This document shows, one piece after another, positions 31,533 to 48,460 of a stretch of DNA of 64,000 bases. This stretch comes from the human T2T-CHM13v2.0 reference genome, Homo sapiens, in assembly GCF_009914755.1 (NCBI RefSeq), contig NC_060925.1. One strand, 5' to 3'. The notes beneath the pieces are model-generated. The model saw only the letters and a list, made by a program, of their open reading frames with translations. It made no database searches and was not told the DNA's origin. Numbering within the stretch: position 1 is the stretch's first letter; each line of letters begins with the position of its first letter. The position numbers and the translations under genes are program-made.

Positions 31533-33992
31533 TGTAGTAGATTAAAGATGACCACAAATTACTTGCTACTTCTCCCATTGAGAGGTGGAATCTAATTCTC
31601 CTCCCTTTAATATGGGCTACCCTTAGAGACTTACTTGACTAATAGAATACAGCAGAAGAGATGTCTGACTGGCCAGGCTAAGTAAGTAAGAAGCCTTGTA
31701 GCTTCCATGTGAGACTCTTGGGACATGTCTTCTAAGGCCTAAGCTGCTGGATAAGTCAAACTACCATGCTAGATAAACCACGTGCAGAGGCCATGAGACC
31801 ACATGACAAGGGGAGGGGCCTAGCTGAGCACAACGACCAGCAGTTCCCATCAGGGTGCCAGGCATTATGTGTGAAGCAGTCTTCCATCAGCTGGACACAA
31901 CTGAGCAACCCTAACTGTGGCCACTATGGAATAAATTTGCCCTGCTGAACCATGCTAGAATTATTGATTACCAAAATGATGAGATACAATAAATTGCTTA
32001 TTGTGCTAAGTTTTGGAGTAGTTTACTAAGTAACAATAGATAACTGGAACTAAATTTGGTATCTGAAAGTGGACTTTCACTATAACAAAAACTGAAAACA
32101 AATGGCAATGACTTTGTACCTGGTTGCCACAGAAGTTAGAAAGGCCTCGAGAAAAATGTTAGTGAATACTGGAAGGACATCGAGGAGACTGCTGGAGAGA
32201 CTGAAGGACAGTAAAGAAAATACTATGGGGGGTGGCTGAAGAAATGACCTGTGTTATGTAATGGCAGAAAGTTTTCGTCTTTGATAATGTGGGAAAATAG
32301 AAAAGGTGCCCAATGAATGGGAGGATCTGGCTAAGGAGATTTTCAGCAGAATTTCAAAACTACAAAGAGGTTTCTTTTAGCCACATTATTATCAGATATT
32401 GATTAAAAAAAAAAAGAAAAAAAAGTGGGCTAAAAAAGGAGCCATTTGGTTTTTAAGCAGAATTTAGAGGAATTATAAAGAGGCAGGACTTGCTGGGTTC
32501 AGAAGAGATCGGGTGCATTCAGGGTGGCATGGCCGTAGACTTTGCTGGGTTCAAACATCAAACTACTTCTCATCCTCAATCTCTCTAGACAGGGAAAGTT
32601 TTCAAAATAAGAAATGGCTCCAGGGCAAAAATAAATTCCAAGATGTGACAGCTAGACCCATGATTAAGACCTCAATTAAGGTGGTGCCTCATATATCCTT
32701 TCAGTTAAACAAAAAGCCTTCTACAATCTTGGGCAATGCACCTCTCCATTGGACAAAAGAGTTTCTAAGAATTTTAAGGTTCTGTTATCCCATGTCGGAC
32801 TCACAGTTAGTCCAAGCAAGGTGAAAAAGCTGGCTTCAGAATGAAATGTGGGTGTGGCTTTTGCCTAGTAAAGTTCATTATCAATTAGTATATAAGACGC
32901 CTTAACATTTTTAAGTGAATTATACCAGCATGGACTGACTGAAAAGGATGAAGAGAGTACAAAGTGAAAAGATGCCTTTGGACCCTCAACCTGCCTCAGA
33001 GAAGCAGGCTGAGAAAGTTACCCAGCCAAAAACAAGGATTACTTCTTAGGGAAAAAGAAGAACGGCTCAAAGAATGGAACCAAGAGCCCAGAGGACTGAT
33101 GGATAGCCAGAGGGAATCACTCCCAGGAGCAGGACTGGGCCCTAATCAAGGAACTGGTAATATGTACTCAGCTAGATTTCAAAATTGCTGTGGACTACTG
33201 ACCGCTGTATGCCTCTGTTCTCTGACTCTTCGAATGGGAGTGCCTATTATGGTTATCCTATCTCTGTCCCATTGTTTCTTGGGTGTGAGAGCCCCAGTGA
33301 CTTCAGATCAAGGGGAACTATACTCAAGGAGCTGAGTGCCAGGAGCCTCATCATCACCTGAATTTGAGTTAGATGGTGAGAAAGTGGACTTCTAGGCTGA
33401 TGCAGTAAATGTCAGGAAACTTTTGAGGGCTTTAGGAGAGTGTGAGTTTATTTTGCTTGTGGTAATAATGTCTGTGGCCAGAGGAAAAGGAATGTGGTAG
33501 ATTCAAGATGGCTACAAATTTTTTGCTACTTCTCTTATTCAGAGGTAGAATCTAATTCCCCTCCCTTGGATCTAAGCTGGTCTTCATGACTTGCTTGACC
33601 AATAGAATGCAGTTCTAGGCCATAAACTCCTGAACCTGGGCAATAAGAAACCTTGCAGTTTCCAGTAGGCCTCTTGATATACTGAGCTGCCATGAAAGAA
33701 ATCCGACTACCTTGCTGGAGCTATAGAGAGGAGAGGTCTTGAGGCCACCAGCAGTCCTCAAAGGCATCAGGCACACAATATAAGTGAAGTTACCTGGGAC
33801 CTCCAGAGCAGCCCTGCCTTCCACTGAATACCAGCAAGTGACCCAGTCAATACTGCATGGGGAAAACAAATTGCTCAGCTGAGACCTGTCCAAATTACTG
33901 ACCCACAAAATCATAAGATACAATAAAATGGTTGTTTTGAGCTACTGAATTGTGGGGTAGATTGTTTATGCAGGAATAGACAACTGAGATCA
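31533..33992 (+). mobile_element. Complete MaLR element (MLT1H-like): LTR ~31533-32050, internal region, LTR ~33493-33992
   Basis: Two similar LTRs starting tgt(a/g)gtagatt(a/c)aagatg...ctcc. Purine tract gaggaaaaggaa precedes the 3' LTR, and ttggta follows the 5' LTR. Confidence 0.75.
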
Positions 33993-34684
33993 TGCCTTAA
34001 AATGGACACAGTATTTCTGATGCATTATCTCATTCATTCATCCAATAAATAATTACTGTGAACCATTATGTGTCAGGCACTACTCTTTATTCTAGAGACA
34101 CAGTAGTTTAAAAAAAGGCCAGCAAAGACCCTGTTTTCATGGAGCTTACAATCTACTGGTTTAGATAGATAATAAGTAAAGGAATAACTACAATATGCCA
34201 GATGGTGATAAGGGCGATAAAGATAAGTGAAGCATGTCAAGGGAGCATCCCAGCAAGACAACCCTCTTTTTATAGAAGAGAAAACAGAGTCTTAGAAAGA
34301 TTAAATAATAGGCAGTAAGAGAAGCAAGTTCCTAGGTACAATGAAACTGGAGTTTCACTTGATGAAACACTGTTCAATAGAATTTATAAATTCAAATTGT
34401 TGTTTAGCACAACAGAGGAACCTAATAGGCAGAAGTGTGGCTTGGATGGATGTTCCTGACTACCCAGGCTGTCCAAGTAAACTGTTGTATATACAAGAAT
34501 GAAAAGATCTGAGGTGGAGCCAAGGTGGCCAAATAGGAACAGCTCCAGTCTAGAGCTCCCAGCGTGAGCGATGCAGAAGACGGGTGATTTCTGCCTTGCC
34601 AACTGAGGTACTGGGGAGTGTCAGAAAGTGGGTGCAGGGCAGTGGGTGCACTGCACCCAGCATGAGCCAAAGGAGGGCGAAGCA

Positions 34685-34948
34685 TCACCTCACCCGGGAG
34701 GCACAAGAGGTCAGGGAATTCCCTTTCCTAGTCAAAGAAAGGGGTGACAGATGGCACCTGGAAAATCGGGTCACTCCCACCCTAATAATGCACTTTTCCA
34801 ACAGTCTTAGCAAACGGCACACCAGGAGATTATATCCCGTGCATGGCTCGGGGGGTCCTACGCCCATAGAGCCTCCCTCATTGCTGGCACAGCAGACTGA
34901 GATCGAACTGCAAGGCGGCAGCGAGGCTGGGGGAGGGGCGCCTGCCAT
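34685..34948 (-). CDS. L1 antisense ORF0, open, 87 aa (MAGAPPPASLPPCSSISVCC...RVGVTRFSRC...)
   Basis: Peptide matches primate L1 ORF0, with a strong Kozak context (GCAATGG). Expression unknown. Confidence 0.6.
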   Translation of the reverse strand: MAGAPPPASLPPCSSISVCCASNEGGSMGVGPPEPCTGYNLLVCRLLRLLEKCIIRVGVTRFSRCHLSPLSLTRKGNSLTSCASRVR

Positions 34949-35524
34949 TGCCGAGGCTGGAGTAGGTAAACAAAGCAGCCTGGAAGCTCGAACTGGGTGG
35001 AGCCCACTGCAGCTCAAGGAGGCCTGCCTGCCTCTGTAGACTGCACCTCTGGGGGCAGGGAATAGTCAAACAAAAGGCAGCAGAATCCTCTGCAGACTTA
35101 AATGTCCCTGTCTGACAGCTTTGAAGAGAGTAGTGGTTCTCCCAGCACACAGCTTGAGATCTGAGAATGGACAGACTGCCTCCTTAGGTTGGTCCCTGAC
35201 TCCCAAGTAGCCTAACTGGGAGGCCCCCCCTCCAGTAGGGGCAGACAGACACCTCACATGGCCGGGAACTCCTCTGAGACAAAACTTCCAGAGGAACGAT
35301 CAGGCAGCAACATTTGCTGCTCACCAGTATCTGCTGTTCTGCAGCCTCCGCTGCTGATACCCTGGCAAACAAGGTCTGGAGTGACCTCAAGCAAACTCCA
35401 ACAGACCTGCAGCTGAGGGTCCTGACTGTTAGAAGGAAAACTAACAGACAGAAAGGACATCCACACCAAAACCCCATCTGTACATCACCATCATCAAAGA
35501 CCAAAGGTAGATAAAACCACAAAG

Positions 35525-36539
35525 ATGGGGAAAAATAGAGCAGAAAAACTGGAAACTCTAAAAATCAGAGTGCCTTTCCTCCTCCAAAGGAATGCAGCTC
35601 CTCGCCAGCAATGGAACAAAGCTGGATGGAGAATGACTTTGACAAGTTGAGAGAAGAAGGCTTCAGACGATCAAACTACTCTGAGCTAAAGGAGGAAGTT
35701 CGAACCCATGGCAAAGAAGTTAAAAACCTTGAAAAAAAATTAGACGAATGGCTAACTAGAATAACCAATACAGAGAAGTCCTTAAAGGACCTGATGGAGC
35801 TGAAAACCAAGGCACGAGAACTACGTGACAAATGCACAAGCCTCAGTAGCCGATTCCATCAACTGGAAGAAAGGGTATCAGTGATGGAAGATGAAATGAA
35901 TGAAATGAAGCAAGAAGAGAAGTTTAAAGAAAAAAGAATAAAACGAAATGAACAAAGCCTTCAAGAAATATGGGGCTATGTGAAAAGACCAAATCTACGT
36001 CTGATTGGTGTACCTGAAAGTGACGGGGAGAATGGAACCAAGTTGGAAAACACTCGGCAGGATAATATCCAGGAGAACCTCCCCAATCTAGCAAGGCAGG
36101 CCAACATTCAAATTCAGGAAATACAGAGAATGCCACAAAGATACTCCTTGAGAAGAGCAACTCCAAGACAAATAATTGTCAGATTCACCGAAGTTGAAAT
36201 GAAGGAAAAAATGTTAAGGGCAGCCAGAGAGAAAGGTCGGGTTACCCTCAAAGGGAAGCCCATCAGACTAACAGCGGATCTCTTGGCAGAAACTCTACAA
36301 GCCAGAAGAGAGTGGGGGCTAATATTCAACATTCTTAAAGAAAAGAATTTTCAACCAGAATATCATATCCAGCCAAATGAAGCTTCATAAGTGAAGGAGA
36401 AATAAAATACTTTACAGACAAGCAAATGCGGAGAGATTTTGTCACCACCAGGCCTGCCCTAAAAGAGCTCCTGAAGGAAGCACTAAACATGGAAAGGAAC
36501 AACCGGTACCAGCCACTGCAAAAACATGCCAAATTGTAA
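35525..36539 (+). pseudogene. L1 ORF1, frameshifted
   Basis: Start ATGGGGAAAAA at 35525 is out of frame with the 259-aa piece 35611-36390. There is a second frameshift near 36360. Confidence 0.9.
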
Positions 36540-36587
36540 AGACCATCAAGGCTAGGAAGAAACTGCAGCAACTAACAAGCAAAATAA

Positions 36588-40420
<3,833 letters not shown>

Positions 40421-41489
40421 TAGGTGGGAATTGAACAATGAGAACACATAGACACAGGAAGGGGAACATCACACACTGGGGCCTGTTTGGGGTTGGGGGG
40501 CGGGGGAGGGATAGCATTAGGAGATATACCTAATGTAAATAACGAGTTAATGGGTGCAGCTCACCAGCATGGCACATGTATACATATGTAACTAACCTGC
40601 ATGTTGTGCACATGTACCCTAGAACTTAAAGTATAAAAAAAAAAAAAAAGAATGAAAAGATCTGCCCTTCAGTAGCTGGAGTGGAATGGGGCAGGAGGGT
40701 TTGGAGGAGGATGTGTGGCTCTGAAGACTATACATAGTAGGCAAAGTGCCAGCTGTGACTCGGAACAACCAAAATCAGGACCAGGAGCAGTTTAGAAGAG
40801 AAAACAATTCTTGGAAAAAGCAGAAGTATTTGTGGGGTACAGGGGAATTTGTAAGGGACTTAATTTCCTAAGTGAACAGGTAGGAGTTCAGAGGCAGCTA
40901 ATGCTCACGGGACTTAATTTTATTTCCACAGTTGGTAAAACTCAAGGACAGTGTGGTTACCTTCATTCATTTAATTAAACAAACACAGAGCATGTGCTAG
41001 GCATTGCTAAAATCTAGTGTAGAAATCCAGTGTTAAAATCTAGTGTGGAAAGCCAGGCAAGCATTCATCAAACCATAATACAAACCAGATCGGGTAAAGT
41101 GCTACACCAAGCAGAACATGAAGGAGGGAGTGATTAATTAAATTCCACCAGAGAAGTTTTTCTAAAGAAGGTAGCATCTGAGTAGAGTACTGAAGTATGC
41201 TAGCAATATAAAATTTTATCATACATTGGGATTGCAAAATACAGTGCTTTTATTTAAAATTAAAAAATATTATTAGCTTGTTTTCATCATTCCACAGTAT
41301 ATGCATATATCAAAACATTGTACCCCATAAATATATGCAATTACTATTTGTCAATTAAAAAATTAACTTAAAAACAGTATTGATGAAAACAATTTTATTT
41401 TTCTCTGGTAGAAGGAAAAATATTCCCTGTCTCCTGTGAGTGAGTGCCTAAGGTCCCATTCATCTGAAAGAGCGGTGCAGCGCAGCTGA

Positions 41490-41760
41490 GGTTGCTGGCA
41501 GGCATTACAACAGAGCAGTTAAGATTACTGGCTCTACAGTCAGGGACATGGGTTCCAATCCTCCTCCTCTGTCAATTTCCAACCATGCAATTTTGGACAT
41601 GACTTAAACTCTGTGCTTTAGCTTCCTCATTTGTAAAACAAGGTTAATGATAATAACTACCTAATAGGGCCACTGTAAGAACAAAATGAGCTAATATATG
41701 AAAAGTTTTTAATTCATTGTCTAGCACATTTTAAGCATTCTATAAATCATAGCTATTTTT
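41490..41760 (+). mobile_element. MIR
   Basis: gggttccaatcct...cttagcttcctcatttgtaaaa core. Confidence 0.7.
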
Positions 41761-42045
41761 CATTAATGTTTGCATACCAGGCAGGACTCCAATACTGTGT
41801 AGAAGTCATGAATTTTAATTTCAGTTCTGCTCCAAAGTGCTCCCTAGGGCTAGGCCAGTGACCCAGATTTTCCATTTCTCATCTTTCTGATTTATCATGT
41901 GAGACCAAAGCATTGGCAAGGAAGCTGAATAAGTGGATTTCCTCACTTGCTGGCTGGAGGTCTAGGGAGCAGAAAAGGTGGACATTTCCCCCATCTTGTA
42001 TCTGTCTTGAGGAAGTGTGTGTGTGTGAGTGTGTGTGTGTGTGTG

Positions 42046-42163
42046 TGTTTATGCAGGAATAGACAACTGGGACAATGCCTTAAAATGTACACAGTATTTC
42101 TGATGCATTATCTCATTCATTCGTTCATTCATTCATTCATTCAATAAATGATTACTGTGAACC
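42046..42163 (+). repeat. Dispersed copy of 33963-34064, inserted in a (TG)n tract
   Basis: Direct ~100-bp match between the two sites, flanked by duplicated gtgtgtgtgtgtttat. Confidence 0.93.
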
Positions 42164-42760
42164 GTGTGTGTGTGTTTATTCAGATCCATCCCTTTCAATG
42201 GTTAGCCTTGTCTGTCAGCCATAACAAAAACCTCAAACCTCAAGGAAAGAAATTACAACCAAGCCTTCAGATAGCTGGTGGTAATTTACTCACACAATCC
42301 CCTTTATCCTTTCAACACCCACTATTTATCTGTATCTGACGTTGGGAGAGGGGAAATCATGCAAGAAATATGGTATGTAAATTTCTGGAAAGGGGGTTGG
42401 AATAGTGAGGGAAGACTTGTGTGAATTACATGAATAATTCTCCTTGATTTGAACATAGATATCAGATCTCAAAAATTGAAGGGACTGATGTTGGGGTCAA
42501 TAAATACATTTCTGGGACCAGAAACAATACTGGAATAAATTCATAAATAGCTTTCAAGGCATTCATGACAATCACACCATCGCTAAAATCCGAGTCATTT
42601 TCCAGGATGGGGCAAGTAGTTCCAGTACAAGTCAAAGGAGCATGTGTCAATCAATCCAGACTGCTTTAAAAATCCATAGTGATAACAATAACTAAATGGA
42701 ATGCATGATCCTAGTTCAGATCTTGGATTGGATTCTGAATTAGAAAAAAAAAATATTGCT

Positions 42761-43060
42761 GCCACGTTCAGTGGCTCATGCCTATAATTTCAACACTTCA
42801 GGAGGCTGAGGCAGGAGGATCACTTAAGGCCAGGAGTTCGAAACCAGCCTGTGCAACATAGCGAGATCTTGTCTCTACAAAAAAAAATTTAAAAATTATC
42901 TAGGGATGGTAGTGCAAACCACTAGTCCCAGTTACTCTGGAGGCTGAGGTGGGAGGATCACTTGAGCCCAGGAGTTGAGCCTACAGTGAACTGTAATCAC
43001 ACCACTGCACTCCAGCCTGGGTGACAGTGAGCAAGACCCTGTCTCTTAAAAAAAAGAAAA
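42761..43060 (+). mobile_element. AluJ
   Basis: J-type features (gaggatcacttgagcccagg). Confidence 0.9.
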
Positions 43061-43510
43061 AATACCTCTAAGGACAAGATAGCCATATATATCCATGGTC
43101 CTTGCCTTTGTTTCTTGTATCATGCCATCTACTAGCTGGTCCCTGAAGCCATATATAATAACTTTCACTCATACACACATATGAGTGAAAAGTAACACTG
43201 ATTTTTTTAACTTTCCAGCTTGAAAAATTTAAAATTTTCAACATATAGTAAAGTTGTAAAACTAGCACAATAAAGTCCTGTAAATCTTTCAATTGCTTCA
43301 TAGATCGTTCACATTTTGCCACATTTGTTTTCTCTCTTTACACACACACACACACACACACAAGCACACAGACACAAACATTAGTATTATTTTGATGAAC
43401 CATTTGAGAGTAAGATGTAGATTCTTCACCCCTAAATATTTAATGTGTATCTCCGAAGAATATTTAAAATCGTTGCATAACTGTATTATGTAAAAGAATA
43501 TAACACCCTT

Positions 43511-43833
<323 letters not shown>

Positions 43834-44329
43834 TCAGCTTTTATCACTATTAAGCAGAACACTTTACATCATAATCTGAAGTCTCAGCAGTGAATTACTT
43901 AACTAAAATCAGGAGCTACCCTCTGCTAGATATTTGGCTCACATCTGTACAACCAAAAGTGCTGATCAAAATAATCACTCCCAGGACAAAGGCAAAATAT
44001 ACAACAAAGACAAATTCCCTCTTCTATGCACCAGCCAATTTCTTGGCAGTTTAGAACAGCTGTTTTGTCCTTTCTTCCAGCTGGCAAAGGTTCAAAAATA
44101 TCAAGATACAGCCTCAGAAAGCTTCACACGAGGAAGAAATTTTAATGAGAAAAATCTCATGTTCTGTATTCGCTTTTGTTTTCATTTTTATTTTAGCATA
44201 TAAAATGTCAAAATACTGAGCTGTTGAGTACCGTATCAAATATCTGGCAATTCTGGACAAAAGGTGAGCAAAACTCAACAGTCCTTTATCTTTGCAAAGT
44301 TCAAGTGGCTTTAGGAGTTAATGCCATAG

Positions 44330-44629
44330 GGGTAGGGTGCCACGCCTCATGCCTGTAATCCCAGCACTGTCAGAGGTGAGGCAGGCAGATGGCTTGAGCA
44401 CAGTAGTTCGAGACCAGCCTGGGCAACATGTGAAACCCATCTCTACAAAAAATACAACAAAAATTAGCCAGGCGTGCTGGTGCACATCTGTAGTCCCAGC
44501 TACTCAGGAGGCTGAGGTAGGAAAGTGGCTTGAGCCTGGGAGGCAGAGGTCACAGTGAGTGGAGACTGTGCCACTGCGCTCCAGCCTGGGTGAAAGAGCC
44601 AGACGCCGTCTCAAAAACCAAAACAAAAC
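44330..44629 (+). mobile_element. AluJ/old AluS
   Basis: Degenerate full dimer. Confidence 0.9.
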
Positions 44630-44959
44630 ATTATATCAGTTTGGTAAAAGAACAAGCACATCCAACATTAACCATCACAATTCCTTTCGACCAGAATAAT
44701 CTTTTATTCAGATAAAAGTATCCCAGTTTTAGGCTATGCGTGTGATATAATAATAACAGACAGAGAGGTACAGAAATACCCAAGCTGGCCCAGGCTCAGA
44801 GCTTGTGGTATACAGAAGAGAATTATTGCATCCTTTATTTGCTGGCTTCGGTACATTCTTAGGAGATAGAGGGAGGGAAAAAAAAATCCAAACCAGAAGG
44901 GTCTGGTGCTGATGGACCAGATCAATTGGTTCAAACTTTGATTCAACTGTTAAGGTATT

Positions 44960-45195
44960 CAGGGCTGGAACTAGGATGAGAGGAGCAAGGCACTCACCTG
45001 AGGTGCGAAGTTTAAAGCGTGCCAAAATCTTGGTAATCAAGATAAATCATATTTTAATGCAATATTTTAGAAAAATAGTAATGCAAAAAAAATCCACAAT
45101 GAACAAAATATCAAAACTTTAAATAAAGACAGGATCTGACCCTGCATTTTCATGATTCAGGGAGTGTCTTACTTGCTTCGTCCTAGTCCAGGCCC
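44960..45195 (+). mobile_element. MER96B-like hAT MITE
   Basis: Terminal inverted repeats gggctggaactaggatga / tcgtcctagtccaggccc. Confidence 0.6.
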
Positions 45196-45821
45196 AACTT
45201 GTTCATCCCCAGATGATGTGCCAAAAGCCACATCTTTAGGTGTCTCCTCTGGTGCTCTCTAGTGCTATGTTCTGCTGACCTTGTTGGCAACAGCTCTCTG
45301 TCTGTTATGAATGGTTGGACATCAGGTGGCACCTTTAAGATACCACAAGGTAAAAGCAACTCTCTGAGCCAAGGCCAGCTCTTCCAACCTCCTTCCAAAC
45401 AGTCTTACATCTCAAGGGCAAGTTTCTGTGATGTATAGGGCATCAGGGAGAGGGTAGAATGGGGTAGAAAGGGGAGATAATGGGAGAGGGAAAAAAGAAC
45501 AGGTGACCTCATGAGTTGGCACTAATGTAACTAGAGTGCAATTTTTCAAGAGTCTATCTTTTTAAAGAAAACCTTGAGCCCCAACTCTTATTTGGAGGCA
45601 CCTGCTCACTCACCTCCAAAACCAAATCCACCTCACCTCTATTCTTCTTTTCACATTGTGTACGGGTAGTTCTGGAAATCAAAGTGGCCATGCTGCTTCC
45701 TCCATGCAGCCTGTAGTGAATTCAAGTAGTGTAGGATACTTCAAACTGGAGCTTCTCTACTGTGAATAGCTGCTCATCCCCAAGTACCAAACCTAATTTT
45801 GTGACAATGAAAACCATCTGC

Positions 45822-45840
45822 AGGTGCCCCCTGCTGGTGG
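45822..45840 (-). promoter_or_regulatory. CTCF core motif
   Basis: Minus strand CCACCAGCAGGGGGCACCT, a close match to the CCASYAGRKGGCRS consensus, in non-repeat sequence. Confidence 0.6.
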
Positions 45841-46481
45841 TACTATCCTAGAGACTTGCCTTCACTGATGTATTTTGTTTGGTCAATGGTCCAGAAAGTC
45901 ACAGTCACAGTCACCAACACTATTCCCTATGCCCTTACACCTAAGCAGGTTCACTTATTTATGCTACCCGCCAGGCACCTGCAGGTGTGTGGCATTTGCA
46001 TCTTCCTTCTATGGCTTCCTAGTTCCTCATGGTGGGAACCTGGGACCCGACTTCTTGCCTCTCAAACTATTAATATGTCTGCCTCACAGGGCCAGGCACT
46101 TCTCTAGTCTTGAGTCACCCATGTCATTCTTTTAACCTACCCTCGGGTAGGACACTGGAGCCATAGATGTGAACCTTAGCCTTTAAGGCACGCAAGAAGA
46201 CACTGAAGTCCCCAGGGCCAGTCACTGCCAGCAATGTCTTCCAGCGGTGGTTGAAGGGATGACTGAGGCAAGCAGAGTCTGAGTTTGTTATTGTTCTGAG
46301 GATATAGACAAAAATCTTTAATAAGGCTTACATAGCTTGGCATAGTCTTCAGCCTCAGCTCTGGTTATACTCCCCCTTCCCTTTTGTGCTTAGTTTGTAC
46401 TAGTCTTGTTCCAGAAGAAGAAAGAGAGAACTAATTCTGCTGCTCCTCTGGTGTCCAGGAGCTCAGGTAATGGATGCAGAC

Positions 46482-47003
46482 TGTAATAGGCAGTCTCTAA
46501 GTTGGTCCCCAGTGATCCCTGGTCATCAAACCCTTGTGTAATTCCCTCGCCTTGAGTCTGGGATGGATCTAGTACTCATTTGTAATGAATACAGTAGGGC
46601 AGCAGTGATGGAATGTTGCTTCCGAGATTAGATTATTTTTTAAAAAGCAAAAACAACTGTGGCTTCCATTTGGAGTATGCATGCTCTCTTTCTTTTAGAT
46701 CAGTTGTGCTGGGGGAACTAAGCTACCGTGTTATAAGCAGACCTATTGTGTGGACAGGAACTAAAGCCTGCCAAATACCGTGTGCGTGAGTCTGAAAACG
46801 GACCTTTCAGCCCCTGTCGAGTCTTGAGATGACAGCAGCCCCAGCTGAGTGCTTGACTGCAACCTCATGAGAGAACTTGAGGCAATTCTAACCAGCTAAG
46901 CTGCTCCCAGATTTCTGACCCTCCAAAACTGTGAGTACTAAATACTTGCAGTTTTCAGCCACTGAGGTGATTTGCTATGCAGCAATAGTAATAGTAACAA
47001 ACA
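46482..47003 (+). mobile_element. MLT1E/F-like LTR
   Basis: tgtaataggcagtctctaag start, body ttgactgcaacctcatgagag...ctaagctgctcccagatttctgacc. Confidence 0.75.
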
Positions 47004-48460
47004 CACAGACTTCTGAACCTTTCCCCAATCCAAGGTCATTCTGTGGAGTTAGAGACCCAGCTCTCCCATTCACAAAGAAGCTATTATTCTCTCTACAGTA
47101 AAGAAAGACAAAGAAGTCAGAGCAGTTTTTTAACGCTGCACATCAGGAAACTAGATGTATGCTGAAAATTTGAGAGTGATAAGTAGGACCTTTCCCAGTC
47201 TGTAGAATATACCACCAAAGCATGCTCACTCGAGAATGTGCTTTTGATTACTACCAAGCACACTTTTTTTTCTTTTTGAAGATATGTGCAAACAATGAAA
47301 ACCCTTCTTGCTGAAATTACAATACAGCCGTACATTTTGGTTGAAATGTTTATTTGGAGATTTCAAAGTCAAGGTTGATATAGCCAAAAGATAATACAGA
47401 TTAGACTATCATGGAAACAAAAAGAATCTAAAATTTGATATTGTTTGTACACTAGGGTCACCGCTCATGTTAACATTTCCTTCATTGCATCCACTTTCTC
47501 GGAGCTGGTGTTGTAGGGTTAGATGTGAGTGTGAATGAGCATGCGTACAGTGGACAAAATCCCCCCATTCTGTAAATGCATGTGCCTATTATTCTGGGCA
47601 GTGAACCCAGCCTGCTTTAAGTCTTTGTTATTTGAATAGTGTCCCAGATTCTCCTTTGAAATGTGCGGTTCACCTATTTTTATTAACCTTAATATGGAGC
47701 TTTCTGATGCTTTTTTGATAGATTCTTGGTCGTGCCCAGGTACACTTCCTTTCGTTTTAAACAGGTCATATATTTCTCTGTGCTGGCCTTCAGGTGGTGT
47801 GCCATATAAATTAGAAAGCAAATTTTCACAAGGTCAAATTTTAATCATGCAGCTTAGTATTTTTAAACAGATGACATTTTCATACTTGGTATGCTAACTT
47901 GAAGACCAGACCATTTTTGCCCAAGTTCTACCAAAGGTTTTCGTTTTACAGTCTTCATTTGTTTTGTTTTGGTTTACTTTTTAACAAAAAGCAAACCTAG
48001 GAAAAAATTTTAAAAACATACAAGATGCACAAAAACAATTACTCTAATACACATGAAACAGAAAATCAACACCTGCCAATTAAACACAACTTCTACCATT
48101 TCATAACTGTGTGATCTTGTCAAATTACTTAACCTCTCTATAAAACGGGATCACGATAGCATCTTTCTCACAGAATTATAGTGAGAATTAAATAATATTA
48201 TTCTTATGAAATGTTTAAGATAGGGCCTAGCATTTATCATTTACTCAATAAATATTAATCATGTAATTATATATGTAATTATGGTGATAATGATAATGTT
48301 GCTGCCATGAGATGTCAGGTTTCACAATATAAAATCATTACAGAATTCTGTTTGGAACTCCTGTGAGACCTAGTATGAATCACCTATAGTTATGAGGCTG
48401 CTCTAGCAAATAAATCTAAGAGAACAGGCAACTTCATGAAGAGGTTAAAGTGTCCTAGGG

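Noticed and set aside
33963-34064. Idea that the duplicated 100 bp is an L1 transduction
   Set aside because: Both copies lie outside the L1 TSDs and the copy has no polyA.
41008-41056. 23-bp imperfect tandem duplication (similar ones at ~17740-17805 and 25261-25282)
   Set aside because: Ordinary two-copy slippage duplications, not arrays.
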